DNA of 38,574 nt, taken from assembly GCA_947626295.1 (NCBI GenBank), contig CANQRS010000003.1, positions 1-38,574 on the forward strand. Direction: 5' to 3'. Positions 1-9,682 of the stretch are shown here, one piece after another. Each line of letters opens with the position of its first letter. Position 1 is the first letter of the stretch. The DNA is from an uncultured Clostridia bacterium (lineage in GTDB: Bacteria; Bacillota; Clostridia; TANB77; CAG-508). A program made the position numbers and the translations under genes. The notes beneath the pieces are model-generated. The model was not told where the DNA came from. It made no database searches and saw only the letters and a program-made list of their open reading frames with translations.

Positions 1-258
1 TCTCTTCTAAATTTATTTAGCTTATTTCCTCTTAACTTGGTAATATCCTCTCCGATTTACAATTATGTGCCCTGCTGTAACCGAATCGATTGTAGATATG
101 CAATTTAAAAGTGTTGTTTTTCCTGAACCACTTGCTCCCATTATACCTACAAATTCTCCTTTGTCAACACTAAAATTAATATTCTCTATTGCTTTTGTTA
201 AGTTTGATTTGTTTCCATAGTATTTTTCTATGTTTTGTACTTCTAAAATCTTTCCCAT
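1..258 (-). CDS. BceA/VraD-like ABC transporter ATP-binding protein (runs off window; +1 frameshift at CGG-A, pos 54)
   Basis: Walker A GASGSGKTT, SD upstream of ATG 258, downstream of a BceRS-like pair. The 0-frame stops at 22, but skipping the C at 54 restores family-typical VN-GEDITKLRGNKLNKFRR to the window edge. Confidence 0.9.
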
Positions 259-330
259 AATAAAAACTCCTTTCAACTTAACATCATTATAAATCCTTAT
301 TAATATAGTTGCCATCGATTTTCATTACAG

Positions 331-350
331 TAATCTTACAATTTTGTACG
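331..350. promoter_or_regulatory. Putative BceR/GraR/MbrC-type response regulator binding site
   Basis: TAATCTTACAATTTTGTACG, an imperfect inverted repeat of the TTACA-N4-TGTAA type just upstream of the ABC ATPase; a near copy lies at 2108-2127. Confidence 0.65.
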
Positions 351-354
351 ATTT

Positions 355-1374
355 CTACTTCATATCTGTATAACTACTATTTGGAAATATTAATTTAACT
401 TCTGTACCTTTATCTTGAACTGAATTTAATTCTATTGCAATTCCTAACTTATCACATAATTTTTTACATAGATATAATCCTATGCCTGTCGATTTTTTAT
501 TTGATATTCTTCCATTTGTTCCTGTAAAACCTTTTTCAAATACTCTTGTTATCTCACCCTCTTTTATTCCTATTCCATTATCTTTTATGTACAGTACAAT
601 GTTTTCTTTTCTTTGTTCTGCATAAATTTCAATTTCTGATGCTATTTCTTTTTTCCTGTACTTTATGCTATTTTGTATAATCTGATTTAAAATAAATATA
701 ATCCATTTACTATCGGTATTTACACATAAATCTAAATCATATAAATTAATAGATATCTTTTCATTAATTAAAACTGATTTGTTCTTTTTTATACACTCAT
801 TAACAATATCCTTTAATTTACTTTTCTTTATGTAATAATCTTTATCAACAGTATTACTTCTAGCGTAATACAAGGCTTGTTCAACATAATCCTCCACCTT
901 GTCCAATTCTTCGTCTATGCTTTTAGTTATTTCATTTTTATTATTTGCAATTATCATTTTGCTTGTTGCTATTGGTATTTTTATTTCGTGAATCCACATT
1001 TCTATATACTCTTTATAGTCTTCTTGTAAATATCTATATTTATTTACATTTTCAAGCATCGATTTATCTACTTGTTTTAATATTTCTCTTAAGATTTCTC
1101 CTTCACTAAAATTAGGACTTTGAATCAATTCTGTTATTAAATACTTTTCTTCTAACTTATTTAATAAATTATATATATTTTCATAATATATCTTTTTTCG
1201 TATATATTCAATAAGAATTGCAATAAAATAACAACTTAAAATAGCAACAGGGATATAAATTTTTATAAAAATTCCGTATGAATATGCTAGCAAAAATATC
1301 TCTATTGTCATTAGAATAAATATTATCAGCAGTATTTGCCATATTTTATCCTTTATAAAATCCCTAAAACTCAT
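355..1374 (-). CDS. BceS/GraS-like intramembrane-sensing histidine kinase
   Basis: Two N-terminal TM helices with a short loop, H-box WIHEIKIP, N-box NQIIQNSIKY, DNGIGI, FTG, STGIGLY. Confidence 0.93.
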   Translation of the reverse strand: MSFRDFIKDKIWQILLIIFILMTIEIFLLAYSYGIFIKIYIPVAILSCYFIAILIEYIRKKIYYENIYNLLNKLEEKYLITELIQSPNFSEGEILREILKQVDKSMLENVNKYRYLQEDYKEYIEMWIHEIKIPIATSKMIIANNKNEITKSIDEELDKVEDYVEQALYYARSNTVDKDYYIKKSKLKDIVNECIKKNKSVLINEKISINLYDLDLCVNTDSKWIIFILNQIIQNSIKYRKKEIASEIEIYAEQRKENIVLYIKDNGIGIKEGEITRVFEKGFTGTNGRISNKKSTGIGLYLCKKLCDKLGIAIELNSVQDKGTEVKLIFPNSSYTDMK

Positions 1375-1396
1375 TTTGCTCTCATTCCTTCCTTAA

Positions 1397-2065
1397 TTAC
1401 TTTAATATATATCCCTGACCTCTTTTAGTTTCTATTAATTCTTTTAGACCTAATTCTTCTAATTTGTTTCTTAATCTAGTCATATTTACTGACAATGTGT
1501 TATCATCAACAAAACTTTCACTATCCCACAAATATTCCATTATTTCTTCTCTTGAAACAATCTTCCCTCTTTGCTCTGTTAAATACTTTAGTATTTTTAA
1601 TTCATTTTTTGTCAAATCTATTTTTTTATCATTTTTTATTATTGTACTATTTGATAAATTTACAACAAAATCTCCTGCATTTATTTTATCTTGTACTTTT
1701 TCCATATTACTTCTTCTCATTAATGAAGCTGTTTTAGCAAGCAATATCTGAATATTAAATGGCTTTGTAATATAGTGGTCAGCTCCATAATTTATACTTA
1801 ATAGTTCGTCCATTTCATTATCTTTACTAGTTATTATAATAATTGGTACATCTGAACATTTTCTTATTTCTCTACATATATATTCTCCGTCAACTCCCGG
1901 CAAATTTATATCTAATAATATTAAATTTGAATTTATATTTAGTATATCTTGTATTGTATTATCAAATGTTTTTAATGACTCCACCTCATATCCATTATTT
2001 GTAAAGAAAATTTCTAATTCTTTTCTTAATTTTTCGTCATCTTCTACTATTAAAATTTTTTGCAT
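1397..2065 (-). CDS. BceR/GraR-like OmpR-family response regulator
   Basis: ILIVEDD, LLDINLP, KPF, C-terminal winged helix ending ETKRGQGY. Confidence 0.93.
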   Translation of the reverse strand: MQKILIVEDDEKLRKELEIFFTNNGYEVESLKTFDNTIQDILNINSNLILLDINLPGVDGEYICREIRKCSDVPIIIITSKDNEMDELLSINYGADHYITKPFNIQILLAKTASLMRRSNMEKVQDKINAGDFVVNLSNSTIIKNDKKIDLTKNELKILKYLTEQRGKIVSREEIMEYLWDSESFVDDNTLSVNMTRLRNKLEELGLKELIETKRGQGYILK

Positions 2066-2107
2066 AAATTATTCCTCCGATAACATTATATCATAAAACA
2101 CAAATAA

Positions 2108-2127
2108 TAATCTTACATTTTTGTAAT
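2108..2127. promoter_or_regulatory. Second putative BceR-type box upstream of the regulator
   Basis: TAATCTTACATTTTTGTAAT; first 10 nt identical to 331-340. Confidence 0.6.
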
Positions 2128-2150
2128 AATACAAATTTTTATAATTATAC

Positions 2151-2753
2151 TTAATTTTCAATATATTCTCCAGTAACAAGTAATCTATGAGTATTAATAT
2201 ATTTAGGTGTACAGGTAATTAGAGTAACTAATTTATTGCTATTACTTTTTATTTGATTTAATTTGTTAGTTTCGTCTGGTAATATAGTTTTTATATCGCA
2301 TATTTTATATTTAAACTCTTCATTTAATATAACTATTTTAAATATATCATCTATTTCTAAATTAATCAAATTATCAAAAAATGTATGAGCAGTAATCCCT
2401 GTATGTGCAACTAAAATAGAATGATATGAATTGTTTTTGTTAGGTAAAAGTGTATCTTCGAGATGTCCCACTCCTTTAAGTAAAATTTTTTCATCTGTTC
2501 CCTCGTATATAGGTAAATCCACTTTTATCTTTTCTATTTCAATATATCCAACTATTTCTCCCACATTAATATTATAATTATTTTTTATTACATTATTATC
2601 CTCGTCCTCTAATTTTTTCACATCATCTTTATATTTTTCTATAATATTTATTTGATTATATCTTGATACAAATTTTCCAATTACTGGATAAATGATTAAT
2701 AAAACTCCTATAAAAATTAATAATATAGAGGTTAATTTATTCTTTCTTGACAA
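2151..2753 (-). CDS. Sortase, class C-like (pilin polymerase)
   Basis: N-terminal TM, GVGHLEDT, AHTG, catalytic TLITCTP...HRLLV; adjacent to a pilin. Confidence 0.88.
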   Translation of the reverse strand: MSRKNKLTSILLIFIGVLLIIYPVIGKFVSRYNQINIIEKYKDDVKKLEDEDNNVIKNNYNINVGEIVGYIEIEKIKVDLPIYEGTDEKILLKGVGHLEDTLLPNKNNSYHSILVAHTGITAHTFFDNLINLEIDDIFKIVILNEEFKYKICDIKTILPDETNKLNQIKSNSNKLVTLITCTPKYINTHRLLVTGEYIEN

Positions 2754-4471
2754 AATTTTTTCTTTCTAAATTTTTTCCTAATTATAAAAATTGAAATAAA
2801 TATAATTATAATTCCTAAAATATATGATATAAAAGAGAATGTTCCTCCTGTTAATGGTAAAACAAAATTTTTGTTATTTATTATTCTTACAGGATTATTA
2901 TGTTCTCCACTTGTGAAATTAACATTTACTATTGCAGGCTTACTTAATAAATTATAATATTTTGTTTCTCCATTTTCCTGATAACTTGGAGCTTGTACTT
3001 CTACTAACCAATAATCTGTTGATGCATTTTCTGCTAATTCATTATCCATTCCATATTTTAATCCCTCAAATGATAAATATCCTTCTTCATTTGATGTTGC
3101 AATTAAATCTTCATTATTTTCATCTTTTAAAAATTCACCATTTTGAGCATTTTCTTGTGATGTAGCAATTTTAAAACTTGCACCTTTTAAAGGTTCTCCT
3201 TGTTTGTTTGTTTTTAATATTACAACTGCTCCCGTATGAACTTCTGCTACCGCTTCTAATGGACTAAAGTCTGCAAATTTTTCTCCATCTAATCCAATAT
3301 AATGTGTATATGTTAATTCTGTTCGCGTCTCACATCTTGCATTTTTAATGGAATCTTCAAAATTCGTTTCATATTGTACTATAACTTTGTTATAATCTTT
3401 TAAATTTTTAGTTACAAATGTTATATACCTTTTTCTATGATATTCATCATCTTTTAATGTATAATCCTTTTTTTCTTTAAGTTCTATTTCTTCATTTTCT
3501 GAATTAACTCCATATACACGAAAACTATCTTTACTAACTACTAAGCCTTCTCCCAAAGTATCCATCATACAATAGTCATTCATTTTTGTAATTATATCTG
3601 GTACTTCTGAAATAACTCTCCATACCTGTGTATCTGTTGCAAATTGTCCTGTAGCTTTTCCATAACTTCCATCACTTAATTTTATCTTTTTTTCTATACC
3701 TAATTTGATACTTGTATTTGTTATTTTATTATTTAAGTTCTGTGCATCTACTGTAAATTCTATAGGATTAGATGCGTCTACAATATAGCCATAATAATTT
3801 TCTTCGCCATATATTCTATATTTTCCAGCTTCTAAACCTTCTATTTTTAACTTTCCATTTCCATCAGTCGTATATACATCTTCCGAATAATCCTTCCACT
3901 CTCCATTATCATTTTGCTTTTGTAGTCTCCACTGTGTTGACTCTATCCCTTTACCTTCTTTATTAACATTACTAAATTCTAAACTACCATAAATAGTAAT
4001 ATTTTTAGGATATACTGTAACATCATATTCATATCCGTTTCCTCCACTAGATGTTTGTGGTAAGTCTATTAAAAAACTTTCAATTCTTTTTAATACATTT
4101 TTTGGTGCATTAGTTTCAGCTACTAAATATCTCCCTATTTCTAGTTCAGAAAACTTTACAGTACCATTTTTTGGCGTTGTTTTTGTATATGATATTATAC
4201 TTTCTTTATTCCCTTTTACATATTCTTCGGCATCTTTTACATCATCTATATCATCTGGTATATTATATATTGTAAATTCTACGCCTTCTAATTCTTTATT
4301 TTCTTCGCTTCCATTTGCGTGTTCATATTTTGTTATTGTTAGACTTGCTTTTTTACTTGGAGTATTAATGATACTTTGTACCGCTTGTACTTTTAAACAA
4401 ACATTTATTAAAATTACCATTATCAATAATACAGATACAGCCATTCCTTTATTCTTTTTGATTTTGCTCAT
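2732..4471 (-). CDS. SpaA/SpaH-type LPXTG-anchored major (backbone) pilin
   Basis: Signal peptide, pilin motif VYPKN, E-box-like YLVAETNAP and YWLVEVQAPS, LPLTG + TM + basic tail. Confidence 0.88.
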   Translation of the reverse strand: MSKIKKNKGMAVSVLLIMVILINVCLKVQAVQSIINTPSKKASLTITKYEHANGSEENKELEGVEFTIYNIPDDIDDVKDAEEYVKGNKESIISYTKTTPKNGTVKFSELEIGRYLVAETNAPKNVLKRIESFLIDLPQTSSGGNGYEYDVTVYPKNITIYGSLEFSNVNKEGKGIESTQWRLQKQNDNGEWKDYSEDVYTTDGNGKLKIEGLEAGKYRIYGEENYYGYIVDASNPIEFTVDAQNLNNKITNTSIKLGIEKKIKLSDGSYGKATGQFATDTQVWRVISEVPDIITKMNDYCMMDTLGEGLVVSKDSFRVYGVNSENEEIELKEKKDYTLKDDEYHRKRYITFVTKNLKDYNKVIVQYETNFEDSIKNARCETRTELTYTHYIGLDGEKFADFSPLEAVAEVHTGAVVILKTNKQGEPLKGASFKIATSQENAQNGEFLKDENNEDLIATSNEEGYLSFEGLKYGMDNELAENASTDYWLVEVQAPSYQENGETKYYNLLSKPAIVNVNFTSGEHNNPVRIINNKNFVLPLTGGTFSFISYILGIIIIFISIFIIRKKFRKKKFCQERIN

Positions 4472-4816
4472 TCATTCACTTTCCTCTCCTCTTTGTTGTT
4501 TAATAATAAATTGGCAATAAATATTTTATGTATAACTTTTAAACATAGTATTACACTAAATTTTATTTCTTGCATTTTATTTCTCAATTTTAACTCGGTA
4601 TTATATTTGAAATTTTATATCTCCCTATTTGATTCAATCGCTCTTATTTAATTTAATTCATTCTTATGACAAAAAATTTATTTCTAAAAATTCTCGGAAT
4701 AAAAATTATACAATAAAATATTTATTGCATATTTTTATTAAAACACAAAAAAAGGAATTTTGCAATAAATTTCGTTAAATTTCTCTAACTTTTCATCGCA
4801 AAATTCGACAATTTTT

Positions 4817-6007
4817 TTAATCTTCATCTAAATGACTACATATATGTTTTCTTGTCATTTCCATTAAATTCAACTTAGTGAACCCTTCTATTTGTGTCTT
4901 TGCCCTATCTTTTTTTAACTCTTCTTTTAATAATTCATATATCTTTTCTTTATTTTCTTCATTTTTCATATCAATATAATCTATTATAATAATTCCACCA
5001 ATATCACGGATTCGCAACTGTTTACAAATTTCTATTGTTGCCTCTCTATTTACTTTAAATACAGTTGTCTCTAAATCATTTTTTCCTGTAAATTTTCCCG
5101 TATTTACATCAATAGCAGTCAAAGCTTCAGTTTTATCTATTGTAATAAAGCCACCGCAATTAAGCCAAATCTTTCTTGCTCTTGAATTTTCTATCTGTTT
5201 TTCTAACTCATATCTAGTAATTAAATCATCACTTACTGTATATTCTAATTTTACATTTTTTATTTCTTCAAACTGTAATAATTTTTTTAATTTTTCAAAT
5301 TCTTCCTTACTATTTGTAATAACTCTATCTAATTTTAAATCTAAAATCATCTTTTCTTGTATGCTCTCTGCCTCATACACTATTTTTGTTATTTCTGTTT
5401 CTTCATATTTCTTTACAATTTCTTCCCATTTTCTAACACATCTTTTTATATCCTTGATAATATTATCATTACTCTCATTCATTGCAAAAGTTCTTATAAC
5501 TGCTCCATAACCTTCTGGAATATTTTCTCTAACAATTTTTAGCAATTCTTCTTTTCTAGCTCCATCAGGTATTTTTTGAGATATAGTAATAATATCTGTA
5601 TTTGGTATAAATGCAATATATCTACTTGGAATAGTAATATGTGTTGATATTTTTGCACCTTTTTTATCATTACTGTCCTTTTTTATTTGAACTAAAACTT
5701 TTTGATTTTGTTTTAAAATTTTTCTAATATCCATTTCTTCTTGTTTTACTTCTTTTCCTTTTTTAGCTTCATTTATCTGAGGAACAGCATCTTTAAAGTG
5801 CATAAGCCCTTTTCTCTTGTCTCCATAATCAACAAATACCGATTGCATACCTGGAATAATATCTGCCACTCTTCCAGCATATATATTTCCTTCTAATCTA
5901 TTATGTTTTGCCTTTTCATCATTTTGATATCTTTCAATTAACTTTCCATTTTCTACCAAACATATTGTTTCTTTTTCCTGATTTTTGTTTATTATTAACT
6001 CTATCAT
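4817..6007 (-). CDS. rng: Ribonuclease E/G family
   Basis: S1 domain GNIYAGRV..IIPGMQSVFVD; TEALTAIDVNTG; GGIIIIDYIDM. Confidence 0.9.
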   Translation of the reverse strand: MIELIINKNQEKETICLVENGKLIERYQNDEKAKHNRLEGNIYAGRVADIIPGMQSVFVDYGDKRKGLMHFKDAVPQINEAKKGKEVKQEEMDIRKILKQNQKVLVQIKKDSNDKKGAKISTHITIPSRYIAFIPNTDIITISQKIPDGARKEELLKIVRENIPEGYGAVIRTFAMNESNDNIIKDIKRCVRKWEEIVKKYEETEITKIVYEAESIQEKMILDLKLDRVITNSKEEFEKLKKLLQFEEIKNVKLEYTVSDDLITRYELEKQIENSRARKIWLNCGGFITIDKTEALTAIDVNTGKFTGKNDLETTVFKVNREATIEICKQLRIRDIGGIIIIDYIDMKNEENKEKIYELLKEELKKDRAKTQIEGFTKLNLMEMTRKHICSHLDED

Positions 6008-6023
6008 TGCCTAAACCTTTCCT

Positions 6024-6581
6024 TTAATTAAACTTATTCATAGTATTATTTACTCCATTTTTTAATAGCTCATAAACAGCATCTGCTCCCTTGTATATCC
6101 CTTCTTGCAATTCTTTGTAATTATCATTTGATAACTTGCTAATAACATACTCCATTAAATCTTCCCTAAATTCAGGACTTCCAATTCCTATTCTTATTCT
6201 GCAAAATTCTTCTGTATTTAATCTGTATATAATGGATTTCATTCCATTATGACCTCCAGAACTTCCTTTTTTCTTAATTCTTATACTTCCCACTTCTGTA
6301 TCTATATCATCATATACAACAATTATTTTTTCTGTTGGTATTTTATAATAATCTTTTATTTCCACTATTGAATCTCCACTTAAATTCATATATGTTTGTG
6401 GCTTACATAATATAACTTTATTATCTTCAATCATTCCTGTTCCATACAATGCTTGAAATCCGCTTCTTTCTACTTCAATTTTATATCTTTTAGATAATTC
6501 ATTTATTACATCAAATCCCATATTATGTCTTGTCTTACTATATTCTGGCTCTGGGTTTCCCAATCCTACAATTAAATACAT
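6024..6581 (-). CDS. pth: Peptidyl-tRNA hydrolase
   Basis: LIVGLGNP, TRHNMGF, KPQTYMNLSG, GGHNGMKSI. Confidence 0.97.
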   Translation of the reverse strand: MYLIVGLGNPEPEYSKTRHNMGFDVINELSKRYKIEVERSGFQALYGTGMIEDNKVILCKPQTYMNLSGDSIVEIKDYYKIPTEKIIVVYDDIDTEVGSIRIKKKGSSGGHNGMKSIIYRLNTEEFCRIRIGIGSPEFREDLMEYVISKLSNDNYKELQEGIYKGADAVYELLKNGVNNTMNKFN

Positions 6582-6607
6582 TTTTATTCCCTTCTTTTCA
6601 GTTTTTT

Positions 6608-6637
6608 AGTATAACATATACTTTATAAACTTGTCAA
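6608..6637 (-). promoter_or_regulatory. sigmaA-type promoter of pth
   Basis: TTGACA-18 nt-TATACT with a TG extension on the minus strand. Confidence 0.6.
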
Positions 6638-6654
6638 ACACATCTATATTAATT

Positions 6655-7494
6655 TTATTTTAAAATTACTACTCTATCATTTTGGCATAAGTCCTTTTTA
6701 AAATATACTTCTGTATATTTTCTTTCTTGCTCAATTATTTTTTTAACCTTTTCTTTTTGATTATATCCTATCTCTAAGCATAAATATCCTTGCTTATTTA
6801 AAAATTCTTTTGCATCTTTAATTATTTTTCTATAAAAATCCAATCCATCTTCTCCACCATCAAGCGCTATAATGGGTTCATTTTGCACATCTTTAGGTAA
6901 TGACTTTATTTCTCCAGTCGAAATATATGGTGGATTAGATACTATAATATCAAATTTTTTTCCTTTTAATTTGTTAAATAAATTAGATTCTATAAATTCC
7001 ACATTATTTAATACTCCATTAAGATACGCATTTTTCTTTGCTACAGCCAAAGCCTTAGCACTGATATCTGTTGCTACCACTTTAACATTTGGTACATATT
7101 TAGCTATTGAAATTGCTATTGCTCCACTTCCTGTACATAAATCTAATATTACTGGATTGGCAATATTTTTAGCTTTTTCTATAGCCTCCTCTACTAGCAT
7201 CTCTGTATCTGGCTGAGGAATTAAAACATCTTTTGTTACCAAAAACCTCATCTTCATAAATTCCTGTTGACCTGTAATATATTGAAGTGGCTTTCCTTGA
7301 ATAAGTTGTTTAATATTTTTTACATACTCATCTCTTTGTTCTGATGTAACCTGTTTATTATCGTAAATTATTATATATTCTCTAGTTTTTTTTAAAGTAT
7401 ATTGCAAAATTGCTCTTGCCTTATTTTTAGGTCCATCTATATTTTCATTTTTTAACATTATTATTCCTTGACTTAATAGTTCTTTTATAGTCAT
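6655..7494 (-). CDS. prmC: Release factor glutamine methyltransferase
   Basis: PLQYITG, VLIPQPDTE, LDLCTGSGAI, SNPPYI, ALDGGEDGLDFY. Confidence 0.96.
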   Translation of the reverse strand: MTIKELLSQGIIMLKNENIDGPKNKARAILQYTLKKTREYIIIYDNKQVTSEQRDEYVKNIKQLIQGKPLQYITGQQEFMKMRFLVTKDVLIPQPDTEMLVEEAIEKAKNIANPVILDLCTGSGAIAISIAKYVPNVKVVATDISAKALAVAKKNAYLNGVLNNVEFIESNLFNKLKGKKFDIIVSNPPYISTGEIKSLPKDVQNEPIIALDGGEDGLDFYRKIIKDAKEFLNKQGYLCLEIGYNQKEKVKKIIEQERKYTEVYFKKDLCQNDRVVILK

Positions 7495-7522
7495 TCATTT
7501 TCCCCCTTTTGTACACTCCATT

Positions 7523-8656
7523 TTAAACAAATTCCTGCCATACCACATTTGCTAAATCCAACCCCTTATTTGAAAGTTTAATTTTGTTATCATTTATCAT
7601 TATAAGATTTTCCTTTTCTAGTTTATTCAATTTATCTTTAAATAAAACTGTTGGATTTTCACCGAATTTATTTTCAAATTGCTGCACTGATACTCCATTT
7701 AACCTTCTTAAACCAAGTAACATATATTCCATCATTTGTTCTTCTTTAGTTTGTTCCTCTTCTACTATAATATTTTTTTTAAAATTATTTTCTTCTATGT
7801 TTTTTAGATATTGACTCAGATTTGATATATTACAGAATCTTTTTTTATCTATATATGAAGATGCTGAAATTCCAAATCCTCTATATTCTTTTTGTTTCCA
7901 ACAATCTAAGTTATGTTTAGATTCATATCCACTTATTGCAAAATTTGAAATTTCATAATGGATATATCCATTTAACTCTAAAAATTTTTTTGCATACCAA
8001 TACATATTTCTTTCATCATCTTCTTTTGGTAGCTTCAACTTACCTAAACCAATTAATTTTTCTAAAGGTGTATCCTGCTCTACAATTAAAGAATATGCTG
8101 AAATATGTTCAGGTTTACAAGGTTTTAGTTCCATTAACTTTTGCAAAGTATCTTTTACATCTTCAACCTCTTGATTTGGTAATCCTATAATACAATCAAC
8201 ATTAATATTTTTAAATCCTACTTCTCTTGCCAAACTATAAGTTTCACAAAACTCTTGATATATATGTATCCTGCCAATTTGCTTTAAAAGTCTATCTTTA
8301 CTACTTTGCAATCCTATACTTAGTCTATTTATTCCAGCATTTTTATAATCAATTAATTTTTGTCTTGTAATCGTTCCTGGATTTACTTCTATAGTTATCT
8401 CCTTAGCATCTCGTCCCACTACATCTAAGATTTCGCTTATATTTTTACTTTCTATATATGAAGGTGTACCTCCACCTATATAAACTGTTTCTATTTCTAC
8501 CTTCTGATTTTGCTCAATCCAATCTTGTATTTCTTTTTTTAATGCTTGAATATATTTCTCTTCTATTTCCTTTTGCCCTTCAAATGATACAAAATCGCAA
8601 TATAAACATTTTTTTTTGCAAAATGGAATATGTATATATATTCCCATTTTTTTCAT
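7523..8656 (-). CDS. hemW: Radical SAM heme chaperone HemW (HemN-like)
   Basis: YIHIPFCKKKCLYCDF, GGGTPS, YEISNFA, HN motif. Confidence 0.92.
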   Translation of the reverse strand: MKKMGIYIHIPFCKKKCLYCDFVSFEGQKEIEEKYIQALKKEIQDWIEQNQKVEIETVYIGGGTPSYIESKNISEILDVVGRDAKEITIEVNPGTITRQKLIDYKNAGINRLSIGLQSSKDRLLKQIGRIHIYQEFCETYSLAREVGFKNINVDCIIGLPNQEVEDVKDTLQKLMELKPCKPEHISAYSLIVEQDTPLEKLIGLGKLKLPKEDDERNMYWYAKKFLELNGYIHYEISNFAISGYESKHNLDCWKQKEYRGFGISASSYIDKKRFCNISNLSQYLKNIEENNFKKNIIVEEEQTKEEQMMEYMLLGLRRLNGVSVQQFENKFGENPTVLFKDKLNKLEKENLIMINDNKIKLSNKGLDLANVVWQEFV

Positions 8657-8679
8657 TTAATCACTTTCTTTCTGCTAAT

Positions 8680-9513
8680 CTATTTTGATAACTCTATTAT
8701 TTTTTTTAATCTATAATTCACTCCAGACTTTCCTACTGGCTCTTTTAATAATTTTCCTAGCTCACTAAGTGGTAAATCTGGGTGTTCAAGACGTATCTCT
8801 GCTAATTCTTTTAAATTGTCATCTAGCTTTTCAAAATTCCCACTTTCCTTTAATCTTTTTATAGCATCAATTTGTTCTACTGAAGCATTTATAACTTTAT
8901 TTAAGTTTGCTGTTTTACAATTTACAAGTCTATTTATCTTATTATTCATAGCTCTTTGTACTCTAATCTCTTCAAATTTTATTACTGAATTGCTCGCTCC
9001 AATAAAAGCTAAAAATTTTGATATTTCTTCTCCATCTTTTATATATACTGACTTATCTATACTTTTAACAAATATATTATATTTTTTCATTATCTTTACT
9101 ATAGTTGTAACATACCCTTGTTTCAAAAGTTCCATTTCTAAATGATATTTATTTTCTGGATTATTTATTGAACCGGCACCTAAAAATATACCTCTTATAA
9201 CAGATTTTATATAATTAACTTCTTCGATTTGCTCAAAATTTTCTTCATCTATTTTTAAATCTGCCACCTTAAAAGTTATATTATATATTTTACCTTGAAT
9301 ATCTATTGAGAAATCGTTTATGTTCATATTTTTCAACAATTTTGCAAATCTGTTGATATTATATTCATTTTCTGTTGAATATTTTATTTTCCCTTTTTCC
9401 TTTAAAGTATTACCACTTATTAAGTATCCCATCAATTCATACTTTACTTCTTGTTTATTTGCTAAATTATTTATTTGACTTAATTCTTTTTTTATTTCCG
9501 CTGAAAATGACAT
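8680..9513 (-). CDS. whiA: DNA-binding protein WhiA
   Basis: MSFSAEIKKEL start, RGIFLGAGSINNP, NRLVNC.TANL, KSGVNYRL. Confidence 0.93.
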   Translation of the reverse strand: MSFSAEIKKELSQINNLANKQEVKYELMGYLISGNTLKEKGKIKYSTENEYNINRFAKLLKNMNINDFSIDIQGKIYNITFKVADLKIDEENFEQIEEVNYIKSVIRGIFLGAGSINNPENKYHLEMELLKQGYVTTIVKIMKKYNIFVKSIDKSVYIKDGEEISKFLAFIGASNSVIKFEEIRVQRAMNNKINRLVNCKTANLNKVINASVEQIDAIKRLKESGNFEKLDDNLKELAEIRLEHPDLPLSELGKLLKEPVGKSGVNYRLKKIIELSK

Positions 9514-9639
9514 TTTTATCACCTTTTACATTTTACTATATTACTTAATTTTTTTCAACAATTCTAATAAATAATAACCGACCTACCATCTATTCAAGAT
9601 TACAGTAAGCATTCCTAGAACTTTGTTATATTTGACAAT

Positions 9640-9674
9640 AAAATGGTCTAACACAAATCGTTAAACCATTTTTT
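9640..9674 (-). terminator. Intrinsic terminator after serS
   Basis: AAAATGGT(C)TAAC...GTTA(A)ACCATTTT inverted repeat. Confidence 0.55.
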
Positions 9675-9682
9675 ATATTTAA

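Noticed and set aside
9560-9640. Short GC-richer patch between the serS terminator and the whiA promoter
   Set aside because: No convincing structure, ORF or known motif.
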